Below are positions 17,965 to 28,336 of a stretch of 58,279 bases of DNA, piece after piece; position 1 is the stretch's first letter, and each line of letters begins with the position of its first letter. A program made the translations under genes and the position numbers. A model generated the notes under the pieces. That model made no database searches. It saw only the letters and a program-made list of their open reading frames with translations, and was not told the DNA's origin. Origin of the DNA: a virus (taxonomy: Duplodnaviria; Caudoviricetes); IMG/VR virus record IMGVR_UViG_3300025889_000139, positions 1-58,279 of that record; one strand, 5' to 3'.

Positions 17965-19206
17965 ATGCTTATAGAACAAATCATCAAGGAATATAAAGCA
18001 CAAGAGATAATGCTTTACGACAAATACCCACTAAAGGTATATGCCGTTGGGTCTTTGCGTAACTTAGAAAGTCTCGCATCCAATATTGGTGATTTGCGTG
18101 GAACAACTGTTGGTAAACAGATTTGGTTCTGGGATGCTATGAAAGCAGCACACAACGATGTCCAAGAAACTCTAAGACCTTACCAAGATGAGTATGGAAA
18201 CATTGGAACATATGATTTATATGTGTCCAAAGGTGAACCTGATTTACATGGTGCCGAATGGGAAGGTCATATGAACCAAGTACCAGGAACAGATTTACAT
18301 ATTGGTGTATATTCCCCATATAAGCGCCACAATGATCCATATGAAGATGGCACAATGCATTGGAAAGATGTAAACCAACACCTAAATCTACAACGAATGC
18401 TAAAAGTGAATGAAGATACACAAATACTTGACGAAGCAAGAATGGCTCCATTATTTCATTGGACCAAACTTGAGCGTTTCTTTAAGATTATGGACGAGGA
18501 TACACTAAAAGGTCGTTCCCAGATGAGTAAGTATAACATGAAAAAGACGCCGCCAAGTATTTCATTCACACGTGATTATCGCAGACAGTTTGTACCGGGT
18601 CAAGTAGGCACTACTATTGGCTTGATTATTGACCAACAGAAACTAAACCAAAACTACAAAATAGAACCCGCTGTGAATACTGTAAAAGATGTATCTTATG
18701 ATGATTTACGTGACCATGACAAAGAAACCGTAGATAAAGCAAGAGCGGGTGATGAAGATGCTATCAGAATGGCTAAATCCGTAGCATTCAATGGAACATT
18801 TCTTATTGATATTGTTAAAGGTTCTGCTGGAAGAGTAAACCGTTTTGAGAGTGAAGAACGTGTATACGCCGAAGAAATCCCAAATATCAGTAAGTATATT
18901 ACAGGTATTGCTCTGAACACGATGGCTCAAAGAAAAGATGGTGACTTGAGTGTAGGTAAAGAATACTTCCCAGGTTTCCAGTTTATCCAGTTGTTTAATC
19001 CATACAGAGAGCGTGGTTTTGATATGCGTAACGAAATGCTTGCTCAAGCAGAAAAAAACGGTTGGTATTTCTTCTTCGGTGGAAAGAAATATACACCACA
19101 AGAAATAAAATCCAGTATGATTAAATACTATAGTTTCCGCAAGAAAGATTATAGCGGATGGGTAGATATGATTAGGACTTGGGGATATCACCCAAGAATG
19201 GTATAA
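17965..19206 (+). CDS. Two-module putative internal head protein with an ADP-ribosyltransferase-like C-terminal module
   Basis: MLIEQIIKE start, linker VNE..ILDE, then LFHWT..SISFTR..ESEERV (H/S/ExE spacing typical of the ART fold). Confidence 0.5.
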   Translation: MLIEQIIKEYKAQEIMLYDKYPLKVYAVGSLRNLESLASNIGDLRGTTVGKQIWFWDAMKAAHNDVQETLRPYQDEYGNIGTYDLYVSKGEPDLHGAEWEGHMNQVPGTDLHIGVYSPYKRHNDPYEDGTMHWKDVNQHLNLQRMLKVNEDTQILDEARMAPLFHWTKLERFFKIMDEDTLKGRSQMSKYNMKKTPPSISFTRDYRRQFVPGQVGTTIGLIIDQQKLNQNYKIEPAVNTVKDVSYDDLRDHDKETVDKARAGDEDAIRMAKSVAFNGTFLIDIVKGSAGRVNRFESEERVYAEEIPNISKYITGIALNTMAQRKDGDLSVGKEYFPGFQFIQLFNPYRERGFDMRNEMLAQAEKNGWYFFFGGKKYTPQEIKSSMIKYYSFRKKDYSGWVDMIRTWGYHPRMV

Positions 19207-19207
19207 G

Positions 19208-20626
19208 ATGGCGCAACAGTATTTTTATAGTCAACAAATCCGTAGGTTCTTACTACAAATCAGTCGTGTATTCAGTAACTTTCAGGTTGAGTATGGAAAA
19301 GACGATGCGGGTAATCAGGTGTTGAGAACGGTTCCTGTTCGTTATGGTGATGCGAGTAAAGTTGTAAATGCTATCATTAGACAGAACAGTGAGAACGCAA
19401 CAATACCAACTCCTATGATGAGCTTTTATATAACAGCGTTGGATTATAAACGTGATTGGGTACAGGAACCACATCACGTGGACAAGTTAAATGTTCGCCA
19501 GAGAGACTATGACGAAAACACCGGACAACTAACAACATCACAAGGTAATGCTTTTACCATTGAGAGACTTATGCCTGTTCCATACGATATGAAAATCAAC
19601 GTCGATATATGGACCAGTAACACAAGTCAGAAGTTGCAGCTTATGGAACAGATTGCGTGGATTTTTAATCCATCTCTTGAGATACAATCAACAGATAACT
19701 ACTTGGATTGGACTTCCCTCACAAGAATGGAGTTAGTTGGTAACACTTGGACAAATAGAAGCGTCCCAACTGGTACTGATGATAGCATTGATATTATGAC
19801 TTTCAACTTCAATATTCCAATCTGGATTAGTCCACCAGCAAAACAGAAACGCCTTGGTGTTATTAGAAGCATCGTTGCAAGTGTTTACGATGAGAGTGGT
19901 GATTTTGATGACGGTGTTATTGATAGCGGATTGCTCATTGGTAAGCGTGTAAGAACATCTTGGAACAACCATAGTATTTTCCTACTGAACGGTGAGGTAA
20001 CGTTGAAGGACCATACCGCAACATACACTGACCAGAACGATACGCTGGATAGTGGAACACCGACACAAGTCGGTGATAACAATGTGAAATGGCGTGAGCT
20101 ATTGGAGAGCTACGGTGATTTCCAAAATGGTATTTCACAACTACGTATTGACTTGGAAGATGGAACAGAAGTTATCGGCACAGTAAGCTACCATCCAAGT
20201 AATGATTATAAACTACTGTTCAACGCAGACGCTGATACTATCCCAACAAACAGTCTAAATGCCGTTGATAAGATTATTGACCCGTTACAGAGTGGACCTG
20301 GCGCTGGATTACCAACAGCGCAACCAGGTCAAAGATACTTGATTATCCGTGATATCGGTGATAGCAACAACTTTGATGGACCAGATGCATGGAAAGGTGT
20401 CGGGTATGACCAAGACAGTGCTTTGGGTGATTTCGTAGCGAGTGCTAACGATATTATCGAATACGATGGTGATAAGTGGACCGTGGCTTTTGATGCGAGC
20501 GCGGTATCATCAACACAGTATGTAACAAACACCACCACAGGCATCCAATATAAATGGGATGGCACCGAATGGCTATTGAGTTATCAAGGTATGCACACAT
20601 CTGGAAATTGGGCCATCATTATCTAA
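19208..20626 (+). CDS. gp15: Tail sheath stabiliser / tail terminator with C-terminal extension
   Basis: YFYSQQIRRF, VPVRYG, PVPYDMKINVDIWT, QLMEQI..FNP, WISPP. Confidence 0.85.
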   Translation: MAQQYFYSQQIRRFLLQISRVFSNFQVEYGKDDAGNQVLRTVPVRYGDASKVVNAIIRQNSENATIPTPMMSFYITALDYKRDWVQEPHHVDKLNVRQRDYDENTGQLTTSQGNAFTIERLMPVPYDMKINVDIWTSNTSQKLQLMEQIAWIFNPSLEIQSTDNYLDWTSLTRMELVGNTWTNRSVPTGTDDSIDIMTFNFNIPIWISPPAKQKRLGVIRSIVASVYDESGDFDDGVIDSGLLIGKRVRTSWNNHSIFLLNGEVTLKDHTATYTDQNDTLDSGTPTQVGDNNVKWRELLESYGDFQNGISQLRIDLEDGTEVIGTVSYHPSNDYKLLFNADADTIPTNSLNAVDKIIDPLQSGPGAGLPTAQPGQRYLIIRDIGDSNNFDGPDAWKGVGYDQDSALGDFVASANDIIEYDGDKWTVAFDASAVSSTQYVTNTTTGIQYKWDGTEWLLSYQGMHTSGNWAIII

Positions 20627-20641
20627 CACTGTAAATACAGT

Positions 20642-21103
20642 ATGATAAAGAGTGCTGGGGCATTATTCTATTGCTCATCAACAAAACGATACCTATTCTT
20701 ATTACGAGATAATCACCCAAGATATGAAAATACTTGGTGCTTTCCAGGTGGCAAGATGAAGAAAGGTGAGAGTGAGTTTGACGGGGCTTTACGGGAGTTA
20801 CGTGAAGAACTTGGTATCAACGTAGATGCAAAAGGTTCATTCTCAACATTACTCGGTAGGTCTATCCCATATATAAAAACTATCCCCATAGAAAAGTTCA
20901 CCAGTGAAGATGGTAAGTTTGAGTACCACACTTATGTTTTCGTGGTAGAGAATGAGTTTATGCCTATTCTAAATCATGAACATAAAGGATATTGTTGGAC
21001 TAAGCTCCGTGGTTGGCCCAAGCCGTTACATCCTGGCGTATTCAGTACATTGAATGAGAAATCTATTAGGAAAAAACTACTGTCTATTGAACAAGAGTTT
21101 TAA
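20642..21103 (+). CDS. Nudix hydrolase
   Basis: Nudix box GGKMKKGESEFDGALRELREELG. Confidence 0.92.
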   Translation: MIKSAGALFYCSSTKRYLFLLRDNHPRYENTWCFPGGKMKKGESEFDGALRELREELGINVDAKGSFSTLLGRSIPYIKTIPIEKFTSEDGKFEYHTYVFVVENEFMPILNHEHKGYCWTKLRGWPKPLHPGVFSTLNEKSIRKKLLSIEQEF

Positions 21104-21611
21104 ACCTATCCCAACTGATATGATGAAAATTGGTATGCCATCTTAACCTTTCTGGGACTTGCTGGTTACCACTCGCCGATACCAAAACAAAATCTGTATC
21201 ATCATATACATCAACTACAGTTGATATATTCGCTCCTTGTTTATCGGTAAGGTCTTCCATACCAAATATAAACAATGTCTCAAACTTATAGAATGCCGCC
21301 ACGTATATAAGTGATGCTGGTCTGGAAAGCATTGGTCTGTATGGTATGGTGTTCTCGTTACCTTTGTGTTCGTATGTTTTATCATGTACCGTGAAATCCG
21401 CTTGCTCATAAGAGAATGTTGGGTAGGGTAGGCTCATATGCTTTAAAGGTAAGTCAGTTGGACCAGCAAAGCACAATCCAATATACGATGTGTTCTTGTA
21501 TTTGATGTTATTTTTTATCTGGATTGGTGTGCGGATTTTCTTACCATTCTTTATGGTAAGTTCATATATACGCTCGCCTTTATAGGTATCCACATATTGT
21601 TTAGTTAGCAT
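21084..21611 (-). CDS. Hypothetical protein, possibly a degenerate DUF115-like paralogue
   Basis: LIYVAAF..LFIFG..DTDFVLV echoes the C-terminal half of the 15283 and 27555 ORFs. Confidence 0.5.
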   Translation of the reverse strand: MLTKQYVDTYKGERIYELTIKNGKKIRTPIQIKNNIKYKNTSYIGLCFAGPTDLPLKHMSLPYPTFSYEQADFTVHDKTYEHKGNENTIPYRPMLSRPASLIYVAAFYKFETLFIFGMEDLTDKQGANISTVVDVYDDTDFVLVSASGNQQVPERLRWHTNFHHISWDRFKTLVQ

Positions 21612-21618
21612 ATGCTAT

Positions 21619-22716
21619 TTAGAGGCGACCAACAACCACCTCAATAAGTCCTGTTTCGCCTTCAAAGTCTTCCAATGCTTTACCAATGACTTGACCCATT
21701 TGTGGATTTTCTTCGGCACGGGCTGTACCATCACCGTTGGAAACCATCATATCACCTTTACGGACTGTGCCTGTAACTTTACAAGGGGCACGACCTGAAA
21801 GTGCTACAGCAGCAAGAAACTCACCTGTTTGTGTTGAGTTCATCAAGTGGGCTGGGGCTGTTGATACGATACCAGCAATACGCTTATCACCATCAATAGT
21901 TGATACTGTTACTTCATGTTTGCCGCCGAATGAAAGAACTGTTCCGTTTTCATAATCGGCGTCTGCTACATAGTTTTCCGCCAAGTCAGCGTATTGTGCT
22001 TTTGTTGCTACACCGTGGAACTGTGCGGCGTACATATTAGTCCACATATCAGTAGGTGAACCGACATTTTGGATAGTGGATGTTGCTGATGGTAGGATAT
22101 CACCAGACGAATCAATGGTTATGTTATTATTTAAAACAATGTCATCATTAGCGTGATTTATAACAATATTATCGACAAACCCAAGAGAACTACCAGCACC
22201 TATTTTTAATTTATCATTATCACTATTATCTATACCCATGAGATAAGTTATATTAGATGCTTGTATGTAATATCTCATAAATGCATCGCCGGCTGATGAG
22301 GAAATAACATTTGCTGAAAAATACGCATCCGCGCTTGACGATGTTGAATTTTGCGTAGCCGATATCGATATATCAAACCCATCATTTTTAGACGTAGAAA
22401 TACCGTTTAACATAGTAGTATTACCATCAATGATGGTCATTATAGTAGTTCCATCTGCTACAAAAGAAATTGTCCCGTTTGATCCTGTATCTGTTATAGT
22501 AATATTCGTATTGCCTTCAGTAATTGCATTTGCAGAAATACCACCAAGTTCCTGTTGTACGAATGCTGTTGTAGCAATCTGTGTTGTGTTTGTTGTTGTA
22601 GCAGCAGTTGGTGCCGTTGGTGTTCCTGTGAAAGCAGGTGATGCTAATCCAGCAAATGTTTCGCCACCACCTGTTGTTACTGCTTCATCTTGTGCGCTAA
22701 TAATAATCTGACCCAT
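21619..22716 (-). CDS. Tail fibre-type protein with C-terminal chaperone-like domain
   Basis: LASPAFTGTPTAPT..TQIATTAFV fibre motif; C-terminal YADLAENY..GTVL..VALSGR.PCKV.G.V.KGD..IGKALE. Confidence 0.75.
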   Translation of the reverse strand: MGQIIISAQDEAVTTGGGETFAGLASPAFTGTPTAPTAATTTNTTQIATTAFVQQELGGISANAITEGNTNITITDTGSNGTISFVADGTTIMTIIDGNTTMLNGISTSKNDGFDISISATQNSTSSSADAYFSANVISSSAGDAFMRYYIQASNITYLMGIDNSDNDKLKIGAGSSLGFVDNIVINHANDDIVLNNNITIDSSGDILPSATSTIQNVGSPTDMWTNMYAAQFHGVATKAQYADLAENYVADADYENGTVLSFGGKHEVTVSTIDGDKRIAGIVSTAPAHLMNSTQTGEFLAAVALSGRAPCKVTGTVRKGDMMVSNGDGTARAEENPQMGQVIGKALEDFEGETGLIEVVVGRL

Positions 22717-24710
22717 TATACTTCCTCATATGTTACACTTGCTCGCCACGATATTGTGTGGGCGGCGACACCAGTAACTGTGAATACCAGTGCGTCATTT
22801 GCATCGTCAGCAGAAACAGCAACATCCCAGTTTGTATCGTCTTCATTAAAGATTGTTTTTACAGAGCCACCCAATGTTGTTGTTCCACCTATATTCTCAA
22901 TAACACCTTCAAGTTTATATCCAGCAGTATTACCGGCAACATCTGTTCTTCTCCCAGCAATAAGTGCCGTGAATGCCCATACCTTACCAGACGCAATAGA
23001 TAGTCTCGTTGATGAACCATCTACAAATAGTTCAGTTGGTGTTGCGTTTGTTGTTGTGTTATAGACTGATGTGTGAACTGTTGCGCCATTTAGTGTCCAC
23101 TTATACGGATCGTATGTAGCAACAGTTGTTGCGTCAATATTAACCTCAATAGAACCTGTTCCAGCATCCGTTATTGCGATATAAGAATCACCAGCATCAA
23201 TACGGTTATCGGATGCTTGTGTTAGAGCATTCCAACCAGAACCACTATAAACTTCAATGTTACCAGTAGATGTATTCCAGCGTGTCATACCAGTTGCTGG
23301 TGATCCTGGTCTTTCACCAGTTAGACCAACGGGTAGAATAATAGAATCGGTGGAGTTGATATGAACAGTCGCACCAGCAGATGGAGCCGCAGTACCAAAA
23401 CCGACATTACCACTTGAGCCTTCTACGAAGATAGCATTTGCTTCACCAGATGCTTCAATACGAGTATTCACATCTGCGCCAGCCTCGTTGATTGCTATTT
23501 CAGATGCTGCTTGACCTTCAATAATAAAGGCACCAGAATCAGACTGCATCGTGTTTCCGTTGATAGTTAGGTTATCAACTGTTAGCGTAGTTAGTGTACC
23601 AAGACTTGTAACGTTTGATTGTGCGGCTGTGGTTAGTGTACCAGCAATATTTGATGCGGTTAGTGTATTAGTTGATGGATTGTATGTAAACTCACCAGTT
23701 CCACTATCAAAGTTGATACCAAAGTTACCAGAAGCATCACCTGTTGTGTCTACTAAAGCAACCTTGAATGCTGAAGCGGTTGATGATGCAGTCATATAAT
23801 GATCGACCCCATCCGCTAAACTACCTGTTGAAATGTTTGCGGCTGTTAGTGAAGTTAGGTTTGCACCCGACCCAGCGGCATATGTAGTCCCAGTAAGATT
23901 TGCCATATCGTGAGTATGACTGTCGTTAGCAACAACAGTATTCGTAATAGTTACATTACCTGAACCATCAATGTTCACAGCGTCCGAACTTACATCACCA
24001 GACATAGTGATTGTTCTTGTTGTAGACCACGCATCAGCAGTGTCAGCATTACCGACGACATTAGCTACTGTTAGTGTATTTGTTGATGGATTGTATGTGA
24101 ACTCCGCATCACCACCACCATCTTTTATAAAGTTTGAGTTTCCAGATACTGCTGAAGCAGAATCGATAAACACCATCTTATAAGCAGTATTACCAGAGTC
24201 TCCGGCAATATACGTCTGAACACCTTGTGCTAGGTTTCCTGTGCTGATGTTTGCGGCTGTTAGTGAAGTTAGAGATGAGCCATCACCACTAAATCCTGTC
24301 TGGGCATATATCGTATTACCACGAAGATCACCATAACCAGTAATAGTCACATCACCAGCAGTTCCACCAGTTTCAGCAGTGTCACCGATAACAGCAAACT
24401 CATCAGCACTTTCATCCCAAATGAAACCAACGTTAGTTGATGTGCCACGCTCAACGATGAAACCAGCGTCAGCACTTGGTGTACCTGTTTCAGTAGAACT
24501 CAAGTATAGAAGGGGGTCTTCGATAACTGTGTTTGTTGTGGAAAGAGTTGTAGTGGTTCCTTGAACAGTCAAGTTACCAGTGATAATCATATTACTGTTG
24601 TATGTAATATCGTCTTCTAGTTTGGCACCAGTTACTTCGCCTGTACCGATTTTAGCCTGTACAACTTCGCCGTCTGTAATTTGATCACGTTTGATTCTCG
24701 TAACTGCCAT
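22716..24710 (-). CDS. Virion fibre/structural protein
   Basis: G/T/S-rich; GNLTVQGTTTT, LPVGLTGERP...GMTRWNT; internal repeats LTSLTAANISTG x2 and EFTYNPSTNTLT x2. Confidence 0.75.
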   Translation of the reverse strand: MAVTRIKRDQITDGEVVQAKIGTGEVTGAKLEDDITYNSNMIITGNLTVQGTTTTLSTTNTVIEDPLLYLSSTETGTPSADAGFIVERGTSTNVGFIWDESADEFAVIGDTAETGGTAGDVTITGYGDLRGNTIYAQTGFSGDGSSLTSLTAANISTGNLAQGVQTYIAGDSGNTAYKMVFIDSASAVSGNSNFIKDGGGDAEFTYNPSTNTLTVANVVGNADTADAWSTTRTITMSGDVSSDAVNIDGSGNVTITNTVVANDSHTHDMANLTGTTYAAGSGANLTSLTAANISTGSLADGVDHYMTASSTASAFKVALVDTTGDASGNFGINFDSGTGEFTYNPSTNTLTASNIAGTLTTAAQSNVTSLGTLTTLTVDNLTINGNTMQSDSGAFIIEGQAASEIAINEAGADVNTRIEASGEANAIFVEGSSGNVGFGTAAPSAGATVHINSTDSIILPVGLTGERPGSPATGMTRWNTSTGNIEVYSGSGWNALTQASDNRIDAGDSYIAITDAGTGSIEVNIDATTVATYDPYKWTLNGATVHTSVYNTTTNATPTELFVDGSSTRLSIASGKVWAFTALIAGRRTDVAGNTAGYKLEGVIENIGGTTTLGGSVKTIFNEDDTNWDVAVSADDANDALVFTVTGVAAHTISWRASVTYEEV

Positions 24711-24752
24711 CTAAATCTCCACTGTTTCTAATATTTATCCAAAACAGAAAGA

Positions 24753-27539
24753 TTATGATAGCCCAAGTACAACCTCAATCATGCCTACTTCTTCTGAATC
24801 GTACTCTTCAAGTGCTTTACCCAGAATAGTGCCAGGTAAGAACGGTGTAGTTACGTTACGTGCAATAGCAACGCCCGGTATATCAGATGTTACAAGAAGA
24901 TCGCCTTTGTTGATAGTTCCACGAACCTTACAAGGAACACGACCAGTTAGAGCAACATATGGGTGTGTTTCGTTTGGTCCAGCTTCGCTGTTCATCATAT
25001 ACGCTGGTGCGCCAGAAATAACACCAGCCACACGGTGATCATTGTATAGTGTAGACATTGTTATCTCATTGTCGCCGCCGAATACAACAACATCACCGGG
25101 ATAGTATTCTGCATCCGCATGATAGCGTTCCGCAACGTCAGCGTATTGTGCTATTGTTGCTACACCGTGGAACTGATCTGCGTACATATTAGTCCACTTA
25201 TCAGTAGGTGAACCGACATTTTGGATAGTGGATGACGCAGATGGGAGAATATCTCCGGCAGTTAGTCTTATATCACCCGCAAACGTTGCTAACTCTGAAC
25301 CTGAACCGCCGGATAGGGTGAGGTTAGGAATCTGATTATCGGCGTCTAATCGTATAGACCCACCAACTTTAGATGTGAATAAACGTCCGATACCAACATC
25401 ATAATCCCATAGCATTCCATAGCCAACTGCACCTGTCGTGGATGGAGAAGAAATACCAATAACGCCCTCATCGGCGTCTGGAACGCCAACCACAATACCA
25501 CCATTTGTATTATTTTCAACAACCAAATCATCAAAGTTTGTTGGAGCGGTCCATGTTCCGGCACTTGCTGTATGAACGTGGAATGTACCATCTGTTCTAG
25601 CAATACCAACACCAGAACTTGCGCCACCCTGTATAGCACCAGTTGTTGTGATATTATTTGCTTGGAAGTTAGCTCCACCAGCAACTGTATATGCGGCGAA
25701 TGTTCCCCCATCAACTGTAATATTAATATCACCAGTACCAGCATCCGTGATAGTAATGCTTGTATTTCCTTGTGAAATACTGTTTTTACCATCCACATAC
25801 GCTTTAATAGATTGTTGTGTGGCTAGTGCAGTTGCTGAATCAGAACCCATCGCATCTTCATCAAGAATGGTTGTTACACGGGCATTTGCTCCACCAAGGC
25901 GCATACCAGTAGAAGTCATATCAGAAATGTTTACGCTACCAGCATAGAACTCAATAGTATCTGTATCTGTTGCAAGTTGTTGAACCTGAACATATGTGTC
26001 GGAATCCGCATCAATAATCTGCGTTACACCCTGTGCAGCGTATAGGTTACGAATGATAATGCTATCACCGTCTGCTGGTGCAGATGTAAATGTAACCACG
26101 TTGGAAGCAGCAGTATAAGCAATACCAGGGTCTTGGACAACACCGTTGATTGTAATGAACAGTTCGTTATCGTTGTCTGTTGTTTGAGACATGGTGAAAG
26201 CAGCAGTAGAACCATCACCTGTGAATGTATCACCAAAAATTTCACCAGTGATTGTAACACCAGCCGGTTCCCAAGAAGCACCATTCCAAAACTCTAGTTT
26301 ACCACTGGTTGTATTGAAACGGGTCATGCCACCACTTGGAGAACCAGGGCGTTCTCCTGTTGTACCTTTAGGTGGAACGAAACCATTTGTACCAATCATC
26401 TCAATAAAGCCAGTACCACTTGGGTCCATTTCAATATTAGAGTTTGTGGTGTTAGATGAAATACGATTACCGTTGATAGTAATCTGGTCAATGTCTAATG
26501 CGGTTAGCGTTCCCAATGATGTAACATTTGGCTGGGCAGCAGTTTGTAAAGTACCAGTTACATTTGTAGCAGTAATATCGCCAGTTGTGGTTAGATTGTT
26601 TGCTTGTAGATTCCAATCACCAGAGCCATCCATAACAGCTTGAGGAGTACCAGAAATACTAATATCTAACCCAACTGTGGTATCAATCTCAAGGTTCGTT
26701 CCATTCCAGTAAATAGCAGCATCGTTTCCAGCGGCACCAAAGTTTAGTGAACCAGCAGCACCAATAGCAGTACCATCCACATCAATAGTCCAAATACCAC
26801 CAGATGTAATATTGCTTGTTCCATTATCAATATTACCAAAGTTTGCGGTGATAGAACCGCTGTCTAAAGCACCAACTGATGCTAATGAAGTCATAGTGGT
26901 TACGTTGTTTTGTGTAACAGTTGATAGTGTTCCTGTTAGTGTTGTACCATCTACGGTATCAGCATAAATGGTCGCCCATCGTGTTCCAGTAGCACCAAAG
27001 TCATACTGTGAATCAGTACCAGGTAGAACATCACCTGTCGTATCTGGGGCAAGAACAATGTTGCCGCCGCTTGTTGTTACAATAGATTGCCCATTTACAT
27101 CTAGGTCACCACCTAACTGCGGGGTCAAATCTTGCACAATATCAGTAAGGAAAATACCAGGAGCAACGCTTGATGGGATAGTTCCCCAAGTAGAACCGTC
27201 AGTAGTGTGTTCCCATTCGTCGCTTGTTTCATTCCAACGAATATTCACATTAGGTAAGCTTCCACGATCAATCTCTACACCGGCGTATGTGAGAGATACA
27301 CCAGCACCACTTTCACCAGAGTTTAGCTCAATCATATTATCTTTGATGGTTGTATTGATAGTATCAACAGTGGTTGTTGACCCTTGAATATCCAGATCAC
27401 CAGTAATAGTCACGTCTCCGGTGAAAACTGTTGGACCACCAGCACCTTGTAAGTTCACTGTTCCCGTTGTACTTTCTAGGGTTATATCCCCTGTAGATTC
27501 TACATTAAACTCACCATCTACGATAAATGTTTTAGACAC
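24753..27539 (-). CDS. Virion fibre/structural protein
   Basis: DLTPQLGGDLDVNG, PKGTTGERP..GMTRFNT, FTGDGST..F, C-terminal YADVAERY..GKALE domain. Confidence 0.8.
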   Translation of the reverse strand: MSKTFIVDGEFNVESTGDITLESTTGTVNLQGAGGPTVFTGDVTITGDLDIQGSTTTVDTINTTIKDNMIELNSGESGAGVSLTYAGVEIDRGSLPNVNIRWNETSDEWEHTTDGSTWGTIPSSVAPGIFLTDIVQDLTPQLGGDLDVNGQSIVTTSGGNIVLAPDTTGDVLPGTDSQYDFGATGTRWATIYADTVDGTTLTGTLSTVTQNNVTTMTSLASVGALDSGSITANFGNIDNGTSNITSGGIWTIDVDGTAIGAAGSLNFGAAGNDAAIYWNGTNLEIDTTVGLDISISGTPQAVMDGSGDWNLQANNLTTTGDITATNVTGTLQTAAQPNVTSLGTLTALDIDQITINGNRISSNTTNSNIEMDPSGTGFIEMIGTNGFVPPKGTTGERPGSPSGGMTRFNTTSGKLEFWNGASWEPAGVTITGEIFGDTFTGDGSTAAFTMSQTTDNDNELFITINGVVQDPGIAYTAASNVVTFTSAPADGDSIIIRNLYAAQGVTQIIDADSDTYVQVQQLATDTDTIEFYAGSVNISDMTSTGMRLGGANARVTTILDEDAMGSDSATALATQQSIKAYVDGKNSISQGNTSITITDAGTGDINITVDGGTFAAYTVAGGANFQANNITTTGAIQGGASSGVGIARTDGTFHVHTASAGTWTAPTNFDDLVVENNTNGGIVVGVPDADEGVIGISSPSTTGAVGYGMLWDYDVGIGRLFTSKVGGSIRLDADNQIPNLTLSGGSGSELATFAGDIRLTAGDILPSASSTIQNVGSPTDKWTNMYADQFHGVATIAQYADVAERYHADAEYYPGDVVVFGGDNEITMSTLYNDHRVAGVISGAPAYMMNSEAGPNETHPYVALTGRVPCKVRGTINKGDLLVTSDIPGVAIARNVTTPFLPGTILGKALEEYDSEEVGMIEVVLGLS

Positions 27540-27554
27540 TGCAAAACTCCTGTT

Positions 27555-28256
27555 TTATGTATTTATCTGTTGGAGGAAATGTTTTAGATGGATACTCTTA
27601 TAGTTATGTAAATCCCTCCACTCCAACGGACTATAATCTAAATGTGGATTAACCCTAATGAACTTTCTATCATGAAACTCTTTCATTATATCAGTCATTT
27701 GCATAATCCAGTTGTTATAATGCGTTTCATCAGCGTTGCTTTTCTTATAAAACTCTCTATCAGCAAAGACATTATTCAGTTTGCGTTTCTCTTTTTTATC
27801 ATCAAACTTACCCAATCCCATCAAGTCAAATCCAATCATATAGATATACCTATGCCCCGCCTCGCAGGCCAAAGTGCAGGCCACAGGACCAGAACTATAC
27901 GCATTATTCTTTTTTATCTCTTGTACCTTGGTTTCTTTACCAAACCATTTCACAGGATTTCGTGTATACATTAGATTGTCTTTGGTATAACCTGACTTCT
28001 GAATATGATTAGCAATAGCCATATCAACCGCAATCAATACATCAGGGACACAATCTTCATAAAAAAAGTTACACCCGTAAATGGTTCCCTTGCCTCGTAA
28101 TGTTTCTGGGTCCATTTCTTTTCTAGTTATACCATTACCAAATACAAACGCAGATTCTGCGGCTGGATGCTTCAATGGTTTACCAGAGTTTTCTTTCGCT
28201 AGTCGCTTTAACTCTTTCTGCTCACGCTTCCATAATCGTTTTTGTTCTTTATTCAT
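27555..28256 (-). CDS. DUF115/MptE/Maf-like putative glycosyltransferase (paralogue of 15283)
   Basis: FVFGNGITR, IYGCN, LIAVD, SSGPVA, IYMIGFD. Confidence 0.6.
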   Translation of the reverse strand: MNKEQKRLWKREQKELKRLAKENSGKPLKHPAAESAFVFGNGITRKEMDPETLRGKGTIYGCNFFYEDCVPDVLIAVDMAIANHIQKSGYTKDNLMYTRNPVKWFGKETKVQEIKKNNAYSSGPVACTLACEAGHRYIYMIGFDLMGLGKFDDKKEKRKLNNVFADREFYKKSNADETHYNNWIMQMTDIMKEFHDRKFIRVNPHLDYSPLEWRDLHNYKSIHLKHFLQQINT

Positions 28257-28267
28257 AAGCTTCCCAT

Positions 28268-28302
28268 AAAAAAAATAGTCACAGTATTTACCATGACTAT
28301 TT
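28268..28302 (-). terminator. Terminator hairpin whose loop contains a late promoter
   Basis: AAATAGTCA/TGACTATTT stem followed by a T-run on the minus strand; GGTAAATA in the loop. Confidence 0.6.
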
Positions 28303-28336
28303 CTTTTATTGATTTTGTAATATTAGATTATTGAGT

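Noticed and set aside
21985-25234. 98-bp duplicate as a DGR TR/VR pair
   Set aside because: Both copies are coding, the mismatches are not confined to adenines of one copy, and no reverse transcriptase is visible
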